64,000 nt of DNA from Octopus sinensis. Taxonomy: Eukaryota. The position numbers and the translations under genes were made by a program. The stretch lies in assembly GCF_006345805.1 (NCBI RefSeq), contig NC_043008.1, forward strand, positions 39,246,001 through 39,310,000. The letters run 5' to 3'. The first letter of the stretch is position 1. Each line of letters begins with the position of its first letter. Under the pieces are notes generated by a model. That model had not been told where the DNA came from. It ran no database searches and saw nothing but the letters and a program-made list of their open reading frames with translations. This document shows positions 49,172 through 61,640 of the stretch, in pieces.

Positions 49172-52100
49172 CACCGGGGGACTTTTAAGAGAACACCGGG
49201 GGACTTTTAAGATGTAAGAAGGAAAATTCAGAGCTCCGAAACCTATCCACAAACATCGAAAACAAGGACATCCTATGGAGCCAAAGTTTTACTAACAAAG
49301 AATTGGACTGTATCCGAGTAAGTAATACAAATTGAAATTTATTACTATTTTCGAAACGAAATGATGTATTTTGACTCGATATCATCTCCACCTCTAACGC
49401 AACACATGTAAACATGCGTGAAACATCACGATCATCTCCGACCCCAAACACCATGTACAAAGGAACTACGAAGAAACTAAATGCCACCGATACTATTCAA
49501 CCCAAGAATAACAATCGAGCGGTACGTACATTAAACCTACAACAAAAAATGTACGAAAAACTACACGTGCGAAATAATGTGACAACAGAAATAAACGGAC
49601 CGGTACCCTACGAAAATGACGACCGTCAAAATAATGGGCCGGACGTTGTACCTCATGTCCCGCAAATAAAACCCAAAAGACGTAAATGGACACGTGAGGA
49701 ATACATTTCTATCTTACACGCATACTTCACAGCAGTACTCTACCCAAAAAATGAAAATACAACAACACATACATATAAAATATGGAAGGAAAATAATAGA
49801 GATTTAGACTTGGATACAGCAATGAACCCTAATAAATTAGCTAACGTACGAAGATACATTCTCAACACAAAAAAAATATCAGAAATAGAAATAGAACACC
49901 TAAAAGAAAACATACACCAGGAAAATGTAGATAGAAGCCACACAACAATGCCCAATAATATAAACACTGAAACTGTAAAACATGAAGACAAACGCAACAT
50001 TCCCAACAAACACGATGTAAACAACGAAGGGGAGCCTAATGATTATGATAATATAAAAAATAAAATAATCAAAGAACTGAAAACCACAGAGCTCACAATG
50101 GACCACCGACCATACCTCCCAAGAATCAAAATAAACAAAATAACAACACCTATTATAAACAGCATAAACCTAGCCGTCACTGAACTGATAGCCACTGAAT
50201 AAAAAAAAAGTGATATCACTGAGCTAAATAACCTAATATACGCAGCAGCCACTGCAGCCACAAAAGAAGCTGGATACTCACCCAAACCCGCCCAAACAGG
50301 AGTACCACCGCCCAAACAAACCCTGTGGATAAATAACATCCAAAGCAAAATAAAAAAAAATAGAAAAGACCTGTCGATTCTTAATGAAATCAGCAAAGAA
50401 TCAACGCTACTGAGCAACAAAACGAGAACAAAAATACTCCGCAAATATAACATCACAGAAAAAGATTTGCCTGAAATAAAAGAAAAGCTGAAGCAAGATA
50501 TCCTTGCCAAAGCACAAAGGATCCGCCGGTACGAGAAACGCCAACGCTTCTTTGAACAGAACAAAAAGTTCAACTCCGACCCCAAAAAGTTCTACCAAGA
50601 ACTGGGCAAAAATAAAATAGAAGTCACTGCAGCACCAACGGCAGAAGAATTGGAAGAATTCTGGAGAGGAATATGGTCGGCGAACGAACAGCCAAAAAAA
50701 AGGAGTATCAAAATAACAAACTAGGCATCTGAACAACTTTGGACCCCCATAACAACTGAAGAGGTCACCCAGGCACTGCAAAGACTAAGCAACTGGAAGG
50801 CACCTGGGTATGACAAGATCCCCAACTTCTGGTTGAAATATCTAACAGGAATGCACAAAAAGCTGGCTGAAAACTTTAACAACGTACTAGCAGAGCCAGA
50901 GACAATGCCTGAATGGCTCACGAAGGGGAAACCATCTTAATTCCAAATCAAATGAAACAGAAAAACCAGAAAACTACAGACCAATAACCTGCCTCCCTAC
51001 TATGTTCAAGGCATTTACTGCAGTGATATCACAAAGGCTGAACAAGCACCTGGACGAAAACAAACTGTTCCCAGAAGAGCAGAAAGGATGCCGCAAGGGC
51101 TCATATGGCTGTAAAGATCAACTAATGATTAATAAAGCCATAACTGAAGACAGCCACAGAAAGAAGAAAGGCCTCAGTATGGCCTGGATTGACTACAAAA
51201 AGGCGTTTGATAGCATCCCCCACACATGGATCCTCGAAACACTAGCCATTAACAAAGTAGCACCAACAATCATAAAATTCATAGAGCACTCTATGAATAA
51301 ATGGCAAACAGTCCTACACCTCCAAACAAAAGAGGAACTCATGAAAACCAAAGACATCCCCATTAGAAGAGGAATGTTCCAGGGAGATACGCTCTCTCCA
51401 CTCCTTTTCTGCTTGGCACTGTCACCTCTATCTGATATGCTAAATAGAACTGGATGCGGATATAAATGTCACGGCAAAACGATCAGCCACCTTTTATATA
51501 TGGATGACCTAAAACTATACGCTGCAAATGACAAACAGCTGGAAACACTATTAAAGACAGTTCATGGATTTACTAAAGAAATAGATATGAAATTTGGATT
51601 AGAAAAATGCGCCAAAGTAACCATGAAAAGAGGAAAACTAGTTAAGAGTAACAACATCACACTAGATGAAGCAAATGAAATAAAAGAATTAGACCAAAGC
51701 CAAACTTACAAATACTTAGGAATCCATGAACTAGATAAGACACAACACACACAAATGAAAGAGAAAATAAAAAAAGAATATTATAGACGAGTTAGATCAA
51801 TACTAAACACAGAGCTCAATGCTAAAAACAAGATAATAGGTATCAACACTTTAGCTGTCCCAGTTATAAGTTACAGCTACAATATCCTTAACTGGACACG
51901 AAATGAACTGACCAAAATAGACAGGAAAACAAGAAAAATAATGACAGGATCTAGGATGCATCACCCAAAATCTGACATAGAAAGACTATATATACAACGT
52001 ATAGAAGGTGGTAGAGGCCTTATACAGCTGGAAAACTACTATAAAATAACCACCATAGGACTGCAAAAATACCTACTTCAGAAGGAAGGAAAACTGATCC

Positions 52101-53160
52101 AGATAGCGGCAAAACACGAGCAAAACAAAAAACTGTTCTCAGTATTTAAGGAAGCTGACAAATACAAACAAGAAATCATACCACCTAATAAACATGAAGA
52201 AGAAGAAGAAGAAGATGAAGAAACAACAAAAGCTATAAAAGAAATGAAATCCAAACTAAAAATAGAACAGCAACGAACCATGATAAAACGATGGCAAGAA
52301 AAGACCCTTCATGGTAAATACTGGACTAAACTAAACGCAAAAGAAATAGACAAAGAAAAATCCCAGCAATGGTTGAGAAGCTCAGGACTCAAAGCAGAAA
52401 CAGAGGGATTTTTAATTGCAGCACAAGACCAAAGCCTCCCCACCAGAAATTACCAAAAACATGTAATGAAAAGAAATATTACAAGTAACTGCAGAATATG
52501 TGGAGATGGACAAGAAACAATAAATCATATTATCTCCAGCTGCCCAGTCCTGGCTAAGAAGGAATATATTCACAGACATGACAGAGTTGGAACCTACATA
52601 CATTGGAAGCTATGCCAACATTATGGAATAACAACAGAAAAAAGATGGTATAGGCACACACCAGAAAAGGTCACAGAAAACGAGAAAGCAACCATACTCT
52701 GGGATATGCCGATACACACAGATAGAGAAATTAAGGCCAACAGACCAGATATAGTTGTCAGAGACCATGAAGAAAAAAATGCCTTCTAATTGATGTATCA
52801 GTACCGGCAGATGACAACGTGTCTCTAAAAGAAATGGAGAAACTCTCAAAATACAAAGACCTGGAAATAGAGGTAACTAGAATGTGGAATCTGAAAACAG
52901 AAACAATTCCTATCATAGTAGGTGCATTAGGCATGATAAAAAAATATTCAGACAAATAGATAACAAAAACACCAGGACTTACAAACACATATAACATACA
53001 GAAAATTGCACTACTAGGCACTGCACACATCCTACGCAGAACACTTTCCATACAATAACCATCAGAGCATCACAACAAATCACAGCACATACCCAAGGCA
53101 CACAGAGCTGCGCTCGGTAGTGAAGTGAAAGCACGCTATAAAAATAAAAATAAAACTACT
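49166..53160 (+). mobile_element. Near full-length R4/Dong-type RLE non-LTR retrotransposon (disabled)
   Basis: N-terminal KWTREE motif; RT with WKAPGYDKI, YRPITCL, WIDYKKAFDS, QGDTLSPLLF, HLLYMDDLK; CCHC finger CRICG...HIISSC; RHD; PDIVV..D; KYKDL; (AAT)n on both sides. Stops or frameshifts at about 50200, 50722, 50935, 52787 and 52957. Confidence 0.95.
51002..52789 (+). pseudogene. Longest open stretch: reverse transcriptase, thumb, CCHC and start of the RLE domain
   Basis: 595-aa ORF containing the YMDD RT motif and CRICGDGQETINHIISSC. Confidence 0.95.
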
Positions 53161-53204
53161 GAATAATAATAATAATAATAATAATGATGATAATAATAAT
53201 AATA

Positions 53205-54720
53205 AAACATACAAATATTTAGGGATAAATGAAGGCTCTGGTATTCAGCATGCAAGCATGAAAGAGAAAGTCAGGAAGGAATGTTATAGGAGAGTTCGTG
53301 CAGTCCTGAAATCTGAACTAAATGCACGTAACAAGGTGTTAGCTATAAATTCCTTAGCAGTTCCAGTTGTTACTTATAGCTACAATGTGTTGAACTGGAA
53401 TATGAGTGAAGTAAAGAATATAGATAGAAAAATACGCAAGCTGCTGAGTTGTAATAGGATGCACCACCCAAAGGCAGACGTAGATCGTCTTTACCTTCCC
53501 ATAGCCCAAGGAGGTCGAGGCCTGATCCAATTTGAAGTAGCTTACAAAACAACCACAATTGGACTGGCCAAATATCTCGAAATATCGAATGACTGGATGC
53601 TAAAGCTCGTGGAAAATCACGAGAGACGAAAGAAGCTTCATTCTATCATAAAGGAAAGCAAAAAATTTGCTATTGATCTCGCGCAGGATACCCAAACTGA
53701 ACAACCCGAGGGAAGTACGGCAACTATTGTTGCAAAGAAGGTGGAAATGATGGCAATGAAGAAAGCGCACGAGCAATTGGCTGATAGGTGGGAGGAGAAA
53801 CCTCTGCACGGCAAATATGTGACCCGCATCAAACAAGCTGATGTTGACCAGAAGCAAACCCATCAGTGGCTACGGAGCTCAGGGTTAAAAGCAGAGAGCG
53901 AAGGTTTCATCCTGGCTGCTCAAGATCAAAGCCTATTAACCCGGAACTACCAGGCCAATGTGATGAAAAATGGAGCAGACCCAAAATGCCGATTCTGCAG
54001 CGACATGATTGAAACAGTGGACCACCTAATCTCTGGATGTAAAGTCTTAGCACCAGTGGAGTATAAATTAAGACATGGCAGAGTTGGCCAATATCTCCAC
54101 TGGCTAATAAGTCGGCATTACAATATCAAAACTGCCGACAAGTGGTATAATCACTACCCTGAGGCTGTAACTGAAGGAGAAAATGTAACCATTCTGTGGG
54201 ACTTTCCAGTACATACAGACCGAACCATCAAGGCCAATAAACCAGATATTGTTGTGAAAGACCAAAACAATAAAGTTTGCTTATTGATCGACATGAGCAT
54301 CCCCTGTGATCATAATATCTCAGCGAAAGAGTTTGAAAGGTCAGAAAATATAAAGACCTACTCATTGAAATTGAGAAAATGTGGTATCTCAAGGCGGTTA
54401 CAATACCAGTGATCGTAGGAGCACTAGGAATGATCAAGAAGGGAACCGAAATTTATATGAGAATGATCCCTGGCTCACCATCCCTGCAAGAAGTGCAAAA
54501 GATTGTCTTAACTGGTACATCACACGTATTGAGAAGAGCATTGTCGATGTGAGAACTGTTGCTGCTCATGTATTTTAATTTAACTTAAAAAAAAAAAAAA
54601 ATGAACGAACTACTGAGTTTGGTTTAATGGCCTACCAATGTATGCTATGAGTTTCTTTACCCTAGGAGTCGGGAAGACACTCGGCAAGAAATGGAAGTAA
54701 ATTTGAAAGAAGAAAAAAAA
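53205..54720 (+). mobile_element. 5'-truncated R4/Dong-type LINE, second family
   Basis: TYKYLGINEG...MHHPKADVDRLYLP...CRFCSDMIETVDHLISGC...KPDIVVKD...HVLRRALSM*; distinct 3' UTR; (AAT)n tail. Confidence 0.93.
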
Positions 54721-54722
54721 AG

Positions 54723-54766
54723 TAATAATAATAATGATAATAATAATAATAATAATAATAATGATG

Positions 54767-54800
<34 letters not shown>

Positions 54801-54823
54801 TAATAATAATAATAATAATAATG

Positions 54824-54896
<73 letters not shown>

Positions 54897-54898
54897 TG

Positions 54899-54938
<40 letters not shown>

Positions 54939-54991
54939 TGATGATGATGATGAGGAGGAGGAGGAGGAGGAGGATAATAAAAATAACAACA

Positions 54992-55036
<45 letters not shown>

Positions 55037-55050
55037 GTAATAATAATAAT
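54723..55050. repeat. (AAT)n/(GAT)n/(GAG)n compound array
   Basis: Direct reading. Confidence 0.97.
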
Positions 55051-55412
55051 AATTCAAAAGATATTGCTCATGGGAACTGCTCATATCCTACGCAAAATAC
55101 TAAATTCAAAAGATAGTGCTCATGGGAACTGCTCATATCCTACGCAAAATACTAAATTCAAAAGATAGTGCTCATGGGAACTGCTCATATCCTACGCAAA
55201 ATACTTTCTATGTATTCTCAATGTTTAAAACAAACATAATTTTCGGTTTAAAAAAAAAATGTTTTTTAGACAATCATTAGTACAACACCCCCACCCCCCA
55301 AATATATGGCACACTAGGCATAACAACATGAACTTCCAACCTGTTGTCTCTTGAGGTCTCTGGGTGAGACTTGGAGCCAGCTTGTACAAATATAAAGCAA
55401 AAGTCAAACATA
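55051..55412 (+). mobile_element. Extreme 3' fragment of an R4/Dong-type LINE (third family) with a triplicated 52-bp 5' segment
   Basis: AATTCAAAAGAT…CTACGCAAAATACT starts at 55051, 55103 and 55155; 3' UTR shared with 55860-56071. Confidence 0.92.
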
Positions 55413-55452
<40 letters not shown>

Positions 55453-55468
55453 TATAATAATAATAATA

Positions 55469-56070
55469 GTGCTTGAAAATGACCACATCTCACTCCTCTG
55501 GAACTTCACCATTCAAACTGACAGGAAGATAGATGCAAATAGGCCAGACATCATATTGAAAGACTTCAAACAAAGAACATGCCTCCTCATTGATATGACT
55601 GTCCCAATCGATATAAACGTATCTGTCGGGACCTACCAAAAACTGAGCAAATATAAAGATCTTGAAATAGAAATCAGTAAAATGTGGAAGCTGAAGACTA
55701 AAACAATACCTGTTGTCATGGGTGCCCTGGGAATGATAGCAAAGGGGGCTGATAGCTACCTAACTCAGATACCAGGAAACCCAAAAATGGCAGAAGTTCA
55801 AAAGATAGTGCTCATGGGAACTGCTCATATCCTACGCAAAATACTCTCTATGTAACCTCAAGGTTTAAAACAACCATAATTTTCGGTTTAAAAAAAAAAA
55901 AAAAAAAAACTTTTTTTTTTTAGACATTCATTAGTACAACATCCCCACCCCCCAAATATATGGCACACTAGGCATAACAACAACATGAACTTCCAACCCT
56001 GTTGTCTCTTGAGGTCTCTGGGTGAGACTTGGAGCCAACTTGTACAAATATAAAGCAAAAGTCAAACATA

Positions 56071-56071
<1 letters not shown>
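55469..56071 (+). mobile_element. 5'-truncated R4/Dong-type LINE (third family): RLE domain and 3' UTR
   Basis: LLWNFTIQTDRKIDANRPDIILKD...IDMTVP...KYKDLEIEI...MGTAHILRKILSM*; (AAT)n on both sides. Confidence 0.93.
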
Positions 56072-56105
<34 letters not shown>

Positions 56106-56108
<3 letters not shown>

Positions 56109-56650
56109 GCCCTGATGCAGTACCATGGCTTCTGATCTTAACTGATTGGAAGTGTTATCATGTACATTGTTTTGTCTTGGTATAAAAGATGGGCTACAGC
56201 AAATATTCTGCTCAATACCACAGATTTGCTTGTCAGTTGTTTGACCTTAACCAGTTGAGCATGTCCCTTAGTGGCTGACGATATGTGCATCTCTGATCAC
56301 GAGCAGAAGTAGTGGGGGAGCATCATAGCCATGTGTTGAGAGGGATTCTTTGGGGTTTGAATAATTCACCTCTGGAAACATGGGTGGTTCTTTCAACATC
56401 CTTAAACAACCCTTATTCAGGGACCTTTTGAGCGGGATGGGCTACTCAACCTGAAGAAAATTCTAACTGGGCCCCACCTGCAAGGTCATGTGCTGTTTAT
56501 CTTGATATGAGATCACCATGTCGCGCACATATGGTTGTGATGCATGTGCCTGGTGTACCTTTATCAGACGGGTAGTCATGATGGGTATTTTGGGCTTCGT
56601 ATATTTTACCCCAGTGTCACTTTGATGGCATACACTGCTCTCTCACTCAA
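56106..56650 (+). mobile_element. Non-coding (AAT)n-flanked retroposed element, probably an R4-type 3' UTR or non-autonomous partner
   Basis: About 545 bp of higher-GC sequence with no ORF and no tRNA boxes, ending ...CTCACTC(AAT)n, inside the LINE train. Confidence 0.55.
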
Positions 56651-57350
56651 TAATAATAATAATAATAATAATGACTCTTCACTGCTCTGACCTGTCTGCA
56701 GCTGAAGACACAGAAACACTAACACAACCCAGCAGGTCAACTGAAGTAATAACTCTTAAAGACTGGAATATCTACAGTTTTCTATGAGGATTTTGAATTT
56801 CCCCCAAAGTACGTTAAGGAATTTACATATCTACAGCTTTGGACATACAAACAAACGCTTAAAAAAAATTTAGAATCTTTAATATCTCTAATATCTGAAA
56901 TGTTGTGTGAACACTTTGTCTTCCTTTCTTCCTTGACTAACAGAATATGTAAACAAGCCTTTCATTGTGACAACACAATTAAATGCACGTTAAAAAATTA
57001 AGGAAGTACCTGCCAATATATACATACTGCACAACTACGAAAACTGTAAACTGCAGAAAAACTTTTAAAAAGAAAAGAAAAATTCCAAAAGAAAAGGAAA
57101 TTCAGAAATTCAAAAATCCAACAAAGTGATATTCTTTTCCTCCTACTATTCCGAAAGACTGGAATATCTACCATTTCCTGTGAATATTTTAAATCTCCCT
57201 CAAAATAAGTTAGGAAACTTACATACCTACAGCTTTCGAACACACAAACGATCAGCTTAAAAAGGAAACATTTAATATCTACAACTAATGTGTGACGACT
57301 TATCCTTTCCTCTCTCCTCGAGTAAACATCATCCTCCCATTTATTCTTAG

Positions 57351-57585
57351 AACACTATCATTTCTCTCTGTGCGCTCTGACTCTCCCTGAGTGTTCGAAA
57401 ATGTAAACCTCCTTTTCAATGCAAAAGTCCAACTGTATTCTCCAACTGGACAGACAAACGAACATCTCAAGAAACTTTAGAACTTTAATATATTACCCAA
57501 ATACATAAACACACCTTTTATTACAACAACACAATTGAATTCAGAAATTTAAAAATTCAATGACGTGAATATCAGAATATATGTC

Positions 57586-57645
<60 letters not shown>

Positions 57646-57812
57646 TTAGAGACAAAACCACTATTTTGCAAAACACTATCATTTCTCTCTGTGCGCTCTG
57701 ACTCTCCCTGAGTGTTCGAAAATGTAAACATCCTTTTCAATGCAAAAGTCCTACTGTATTCTCCAACTGGACAGACAAACGAACAAAATAGTGGTTTTGT
57801 CTCTAATTAATA
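57351..57812. repeat. 114-bp direct duplication whose second copy is bracketed by a perfect 29-bp inverted repeat
   Basis: 57351-57464 equals 57672-57785 (2 substitutions); TATTAATTAGAGACAAAACCACTATTTTG (57640-57668) is the reverse complement of 57784-57812; (TA)n on both sides. Confidence 0.93.
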
Positions 57813-57889
57813 TATATAATATTTTACTATAAAATTGGATTTAATCCTAAATCTGATTTTTTCCCTGTAAATTTGGATTTATTCCCTAA

Positions 57890-57951
<62 letters not shown>

Positions 57952-58019
57952 ATATATAATGTAATATTATAAATACATTTTTAATTTCGGATTTTGGTAC
58001 CTGCCATTTAATTTCTGGG

Positions 58020-58423
58020 GTATCTGTCAAGACCTGCCAAGTACTGAGCAAGCATAAAGACCTTGAACTGGAAACTGGCAAAATGTGGAACCTCAGGACT
58101 AAAACAATACCTGTTGTCATAGGTGTCCTAGGAATGATAGCAAAATGGGCTGATTCCTACCTAGCTCAGATATCAGGAAAAGTTAGTGCTCATGAGAACT
58201 GCGCCTATCCTACGTAAAATACTGTCTATGTAATCTCAAATTTTAAAGCAAACTCATAATTTTCTTATGCATTCTTAAAGATTCTCTAGAACAATACTTT
58301 TTGGAAAACCAAATATATGGCACCCTAGGCATAACACGAACTTGCACTTCTAACTTGTTGTCTCTTGAGTTCTCTGGGTGAGACTTGGAGTCAACTTGCA
58401 CAAATACAAAGCAAAAGTCAAAC

Positions 58424-58425
<2 letters not shown>
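58020..58425 (+). mobile_element. Older 5'-truncated copy of the third R4/Dong family
   Basis: SKHKDLELETGKMWNLRTKTIPVVIGVLGMIAK; same 3' UTR ending CAAAAGTCAAACATA(TAA)n. Confidence 0.88.
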
Positions 58426-58461
<36 letters not shown>

Positions 58462-58469
58462 GTAATAAC

Positions 58470-58557
<88 letters not shown>

Positions 58558-58659
58558 GTAATAATAATCGTTTCTTTATTGTCATTTTGCTACAACAACA
58601 ACAACAACAACAACAATAATAATAATAATAATAATAATACCAATAAAAACTCGAGTAAA

Positions 58660-59280
58660 CAAATTGAGACGGTAAGTTACAAATACCTTGTTGTACTGGA
58701 GTTCAATTTGATAATGGAGAAAGAAAATGAAGAACTGAGGATGGAAGATTTCCGAGGACTAAGGTTGGTTTGCGCTCAAAATTAACTGGATGTAATAAAA
58801 TCCAAGACGTTAATACGTGGGTGATAGCATCACCTCGGTATAGAGCGAAATTATGAAATGGCAAAAGAGAGAAGTGATGAAAATGGATAGCAAGACAAGA
58901 AAAACGTTGACAATATACCGAGAGGCCTTGTCCCACGATCTGAATAAAACAAATTACAGTTACGGAATGTTTAACAAGATTTCACGCTTGCTTTACATAG
59001 ATCTGATGACTTACTAGTAGTTGAAAAAATTCAGTGATCACAAATGGGATGGGGGAAGCTCATGCAGATAGGAGAAAAAATCCATCAATGGTTACTGAGA
59101 GTTGGTTTTAAAATTGAAACAGAGGTATTTATCCTAGCGGTAGAAGAACATAGTCTTATCACTTGGGACTATCAAACTAATATCATTCAGAATGAGGCAG
59201 GCTGAAACTAAACTCTGCGAAAACAAACGTATTGAACACATTGTTGCCCGCTGTTCAGTCTTTGCCCGTACAGGCATGGT
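58660..59280 (+). pseudogene. Decayed R4/Dong-type fragment
   Basis: SYKYLVVLE…, …MDSKTRKTLT, HQWLLRVGFKIETEVFILAVEEHSL, IEHIVARCSV in shifted frames. Confidence 0.75.
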
Positions 59281-60401
59281 TCTGTAACATGCAACAGAAG
59301 CGGTATTAGATTAAAATGGCCATCTGCGTATAATACCTAATGTAAATACATTGTCTAAATTTCAAATTACTCTGACTATCGATATGCATTAAATATGATG
59401 CATAGATGGTTATTTTAATAATAGCCGTATTTTTAAAGATATTTTCCAAGTGGGTGATGAATGAAGCACACATTCACAAAGATATGGATAATGTCAGGGG
59501 ATTCAGAAAGAATGATAAAAAACAATGTCAAATGAGACTAAGAAAACCGTACAATTTACATGGGATACAGATATATAGAAGTGGTGATGCAGCCCCGGAT
59601 ATAGGAGGGCCTGTATCTAAGTTCTCTTGAGGAACACCATCTTCCAACATAATCCTGAAAACAAGGGTAAGAGCCCACTTGTGCTGTTGTTCTCCAACCT
59701 AGAGGCTTGTACGTAGATCATTGTTATCTATACTTAGCATTTCCATCACACGCACTCACATTTAAATATTTCCATTTGAGATAACAACACATCTATCATC
59801 CTGTCTCTCATCTTTTTTTCTCAAGTGATATTTGAAGAAGTTGATGCAGACTCAACTACTGAATGAAGTGCCTATCCTCAGACCTCTAAACCCCATCCAC
59901 CACGCAACGTCTTTCATTACAATCACCTGACAGAGGAAAACTGCCTCCTCTGCCTGGTTAAAGGAGAGTAAAGAAGTGATCATCAAAATGGCGGCGGTTG
60001 ATATCCAGATCTATATAACCCATGACAGCGGCTGTTCGACGCAATTCCACAATTCAAGAAAGCTCGGACTGTGAACGTGCTGAACAGTTTCATCCCTTTT
60101 GGGTGCATTTCAGCCTGACCTCTTTGATGTCATTTGTGTGCCTGTAGTGAATATTTAGAACCGGTTGTTTGTATCGGAATCACTGTTAGGTCTAGATATT
60201 CTCGAAGTTGCTCATAATAGACTAACCAGCACGTGTTCGTGATCTAGAGTTTTCCTCGAGAACGATGGCGTACCTCTATGCCAGTAATATTCTCGACATT
60301 GCTAAATCTTTAAATCGGTACCAAAATCCGAAATTAAAAATGTTTTTACATTATTTACATTATTTACATTCGACGGATATGTGTCATGTTGTTTGTTGTT
60401 A

Positions 60402-60444
60402 ACACAACGTTTCGGCTCATATACCCTCCAGCCATCACCAGGTG
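60402..60444 (-). ncRNA. Degenerate minimal type-I hammerhead ribozyme
   Basis: CAC-CTGGTGA (A6G)-t-GGCT [12 nt] AGCC-GAAA-C-G-T-T-GTG; loopless palindrome ACGT. Confidence 0.6.
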
Positions 60445-60498
60445 GCTTAGGGAAATTTGGAACCTGGGCTCCCATTCCTAAGGTACTTTTCGATGTTG

Positions 60499-60533
<35 letters not shown>

Positions 60534-61640
60534 GTTGTTGTTGTTCAGTTCACTGCTTTGAAACGAACTCGGAATCTTGGGGTTAGTAGTCCATGCTCTT
60601 AATCACTACGCTACATATCCATCAAATGTATATAATGCAAATAATGTAAATAATGCACATAATTCCTCACCACTTAAATATAGAACTGTAATATTGTATT
60701 GTTTTACAATTTGCATTAAGAATAACCTTGATTTCAAAATAACTTCGGATGCTAATAAATAAGTTAGTGTAAGGTGTACATTAACGAAGCCAAAAATTAA
60801 TCAGCTATGCAAATAGGTTGTTTAAAAGGAAGAATACATAACGAGAATACAAATAACAATTAATTTACGAAACGAAAACATGGAAAAATGTAAATTATAA
60901 ACAGGGGTGCAATAAACATAATTACAAAATATATAAATAAAGAGAAAGAAATATGAACCGCAGAATATCTTCGCATTTATTCCCCGCAGAAACTGTAGTA
61001 GAGTAACAATTCAAATAAAAAAATATATGAATTAAATGGAAGACAAAAATCTAAAAATATGAAATTCTGAAGATGGAAGCCATTGATACGATACAAAACG
61101 GAAGTGGTGAAGAAATTAAAAGTGATGTAAAACATTCCTTTGAAAGATTAAAGTAATCTGTGGCAATAAAAAATTACAATGACGTAGCAATTAGAGTTAC
61201 AAAAGCAAACTTGTCCTACTGTAGTATAATGAATATTAGCATCAATATCACAAGGTTAGCTAAACATTAGAAGGAAACAGTTACAGAATCTGAAAAAAGA
61301 ATTAACACACCCTCTGCTTTATTCATATAGGACGGCAAATAGTGTAGAAGGCAAAATGTGTGCCAATCTTTAGTGAAATCTATAACGGTAACACGTTGCT
61401 GAAAATTAGAGTGAGAAGAGAGAAACGGAGAAGAGTGAAATAAAGCATGATATTGTAACATAAGATATACAGAAATACCCAAAATTCAAACAAAATATTT
61501 TCCTTCGTCGAGGAATCATGACAACGAATATTTGACAGAAAAAAAAAGCAACGAAGATTCTATTAAGAAATAGTTAAAATTAAACTAGGAATCAATGGCG
61601 AAGATAGTTTAAACAAATGAGTAAATGGCATACAATTCTG

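Noticed and set aside
55051-55206. Regularly spaced 52-bp repeats as a CRISPR-like array
   Set aside because: The units are contiguous with no unique spacers, derive from LINE coding sequence, and the context is eukaryotic.
59640-60300. Higher-GC complex sequence (similar stretch at 19450-20260)
   Set aside because: No open frame or motif could be recognised in any frame; probably decayed TE, left unannotated.
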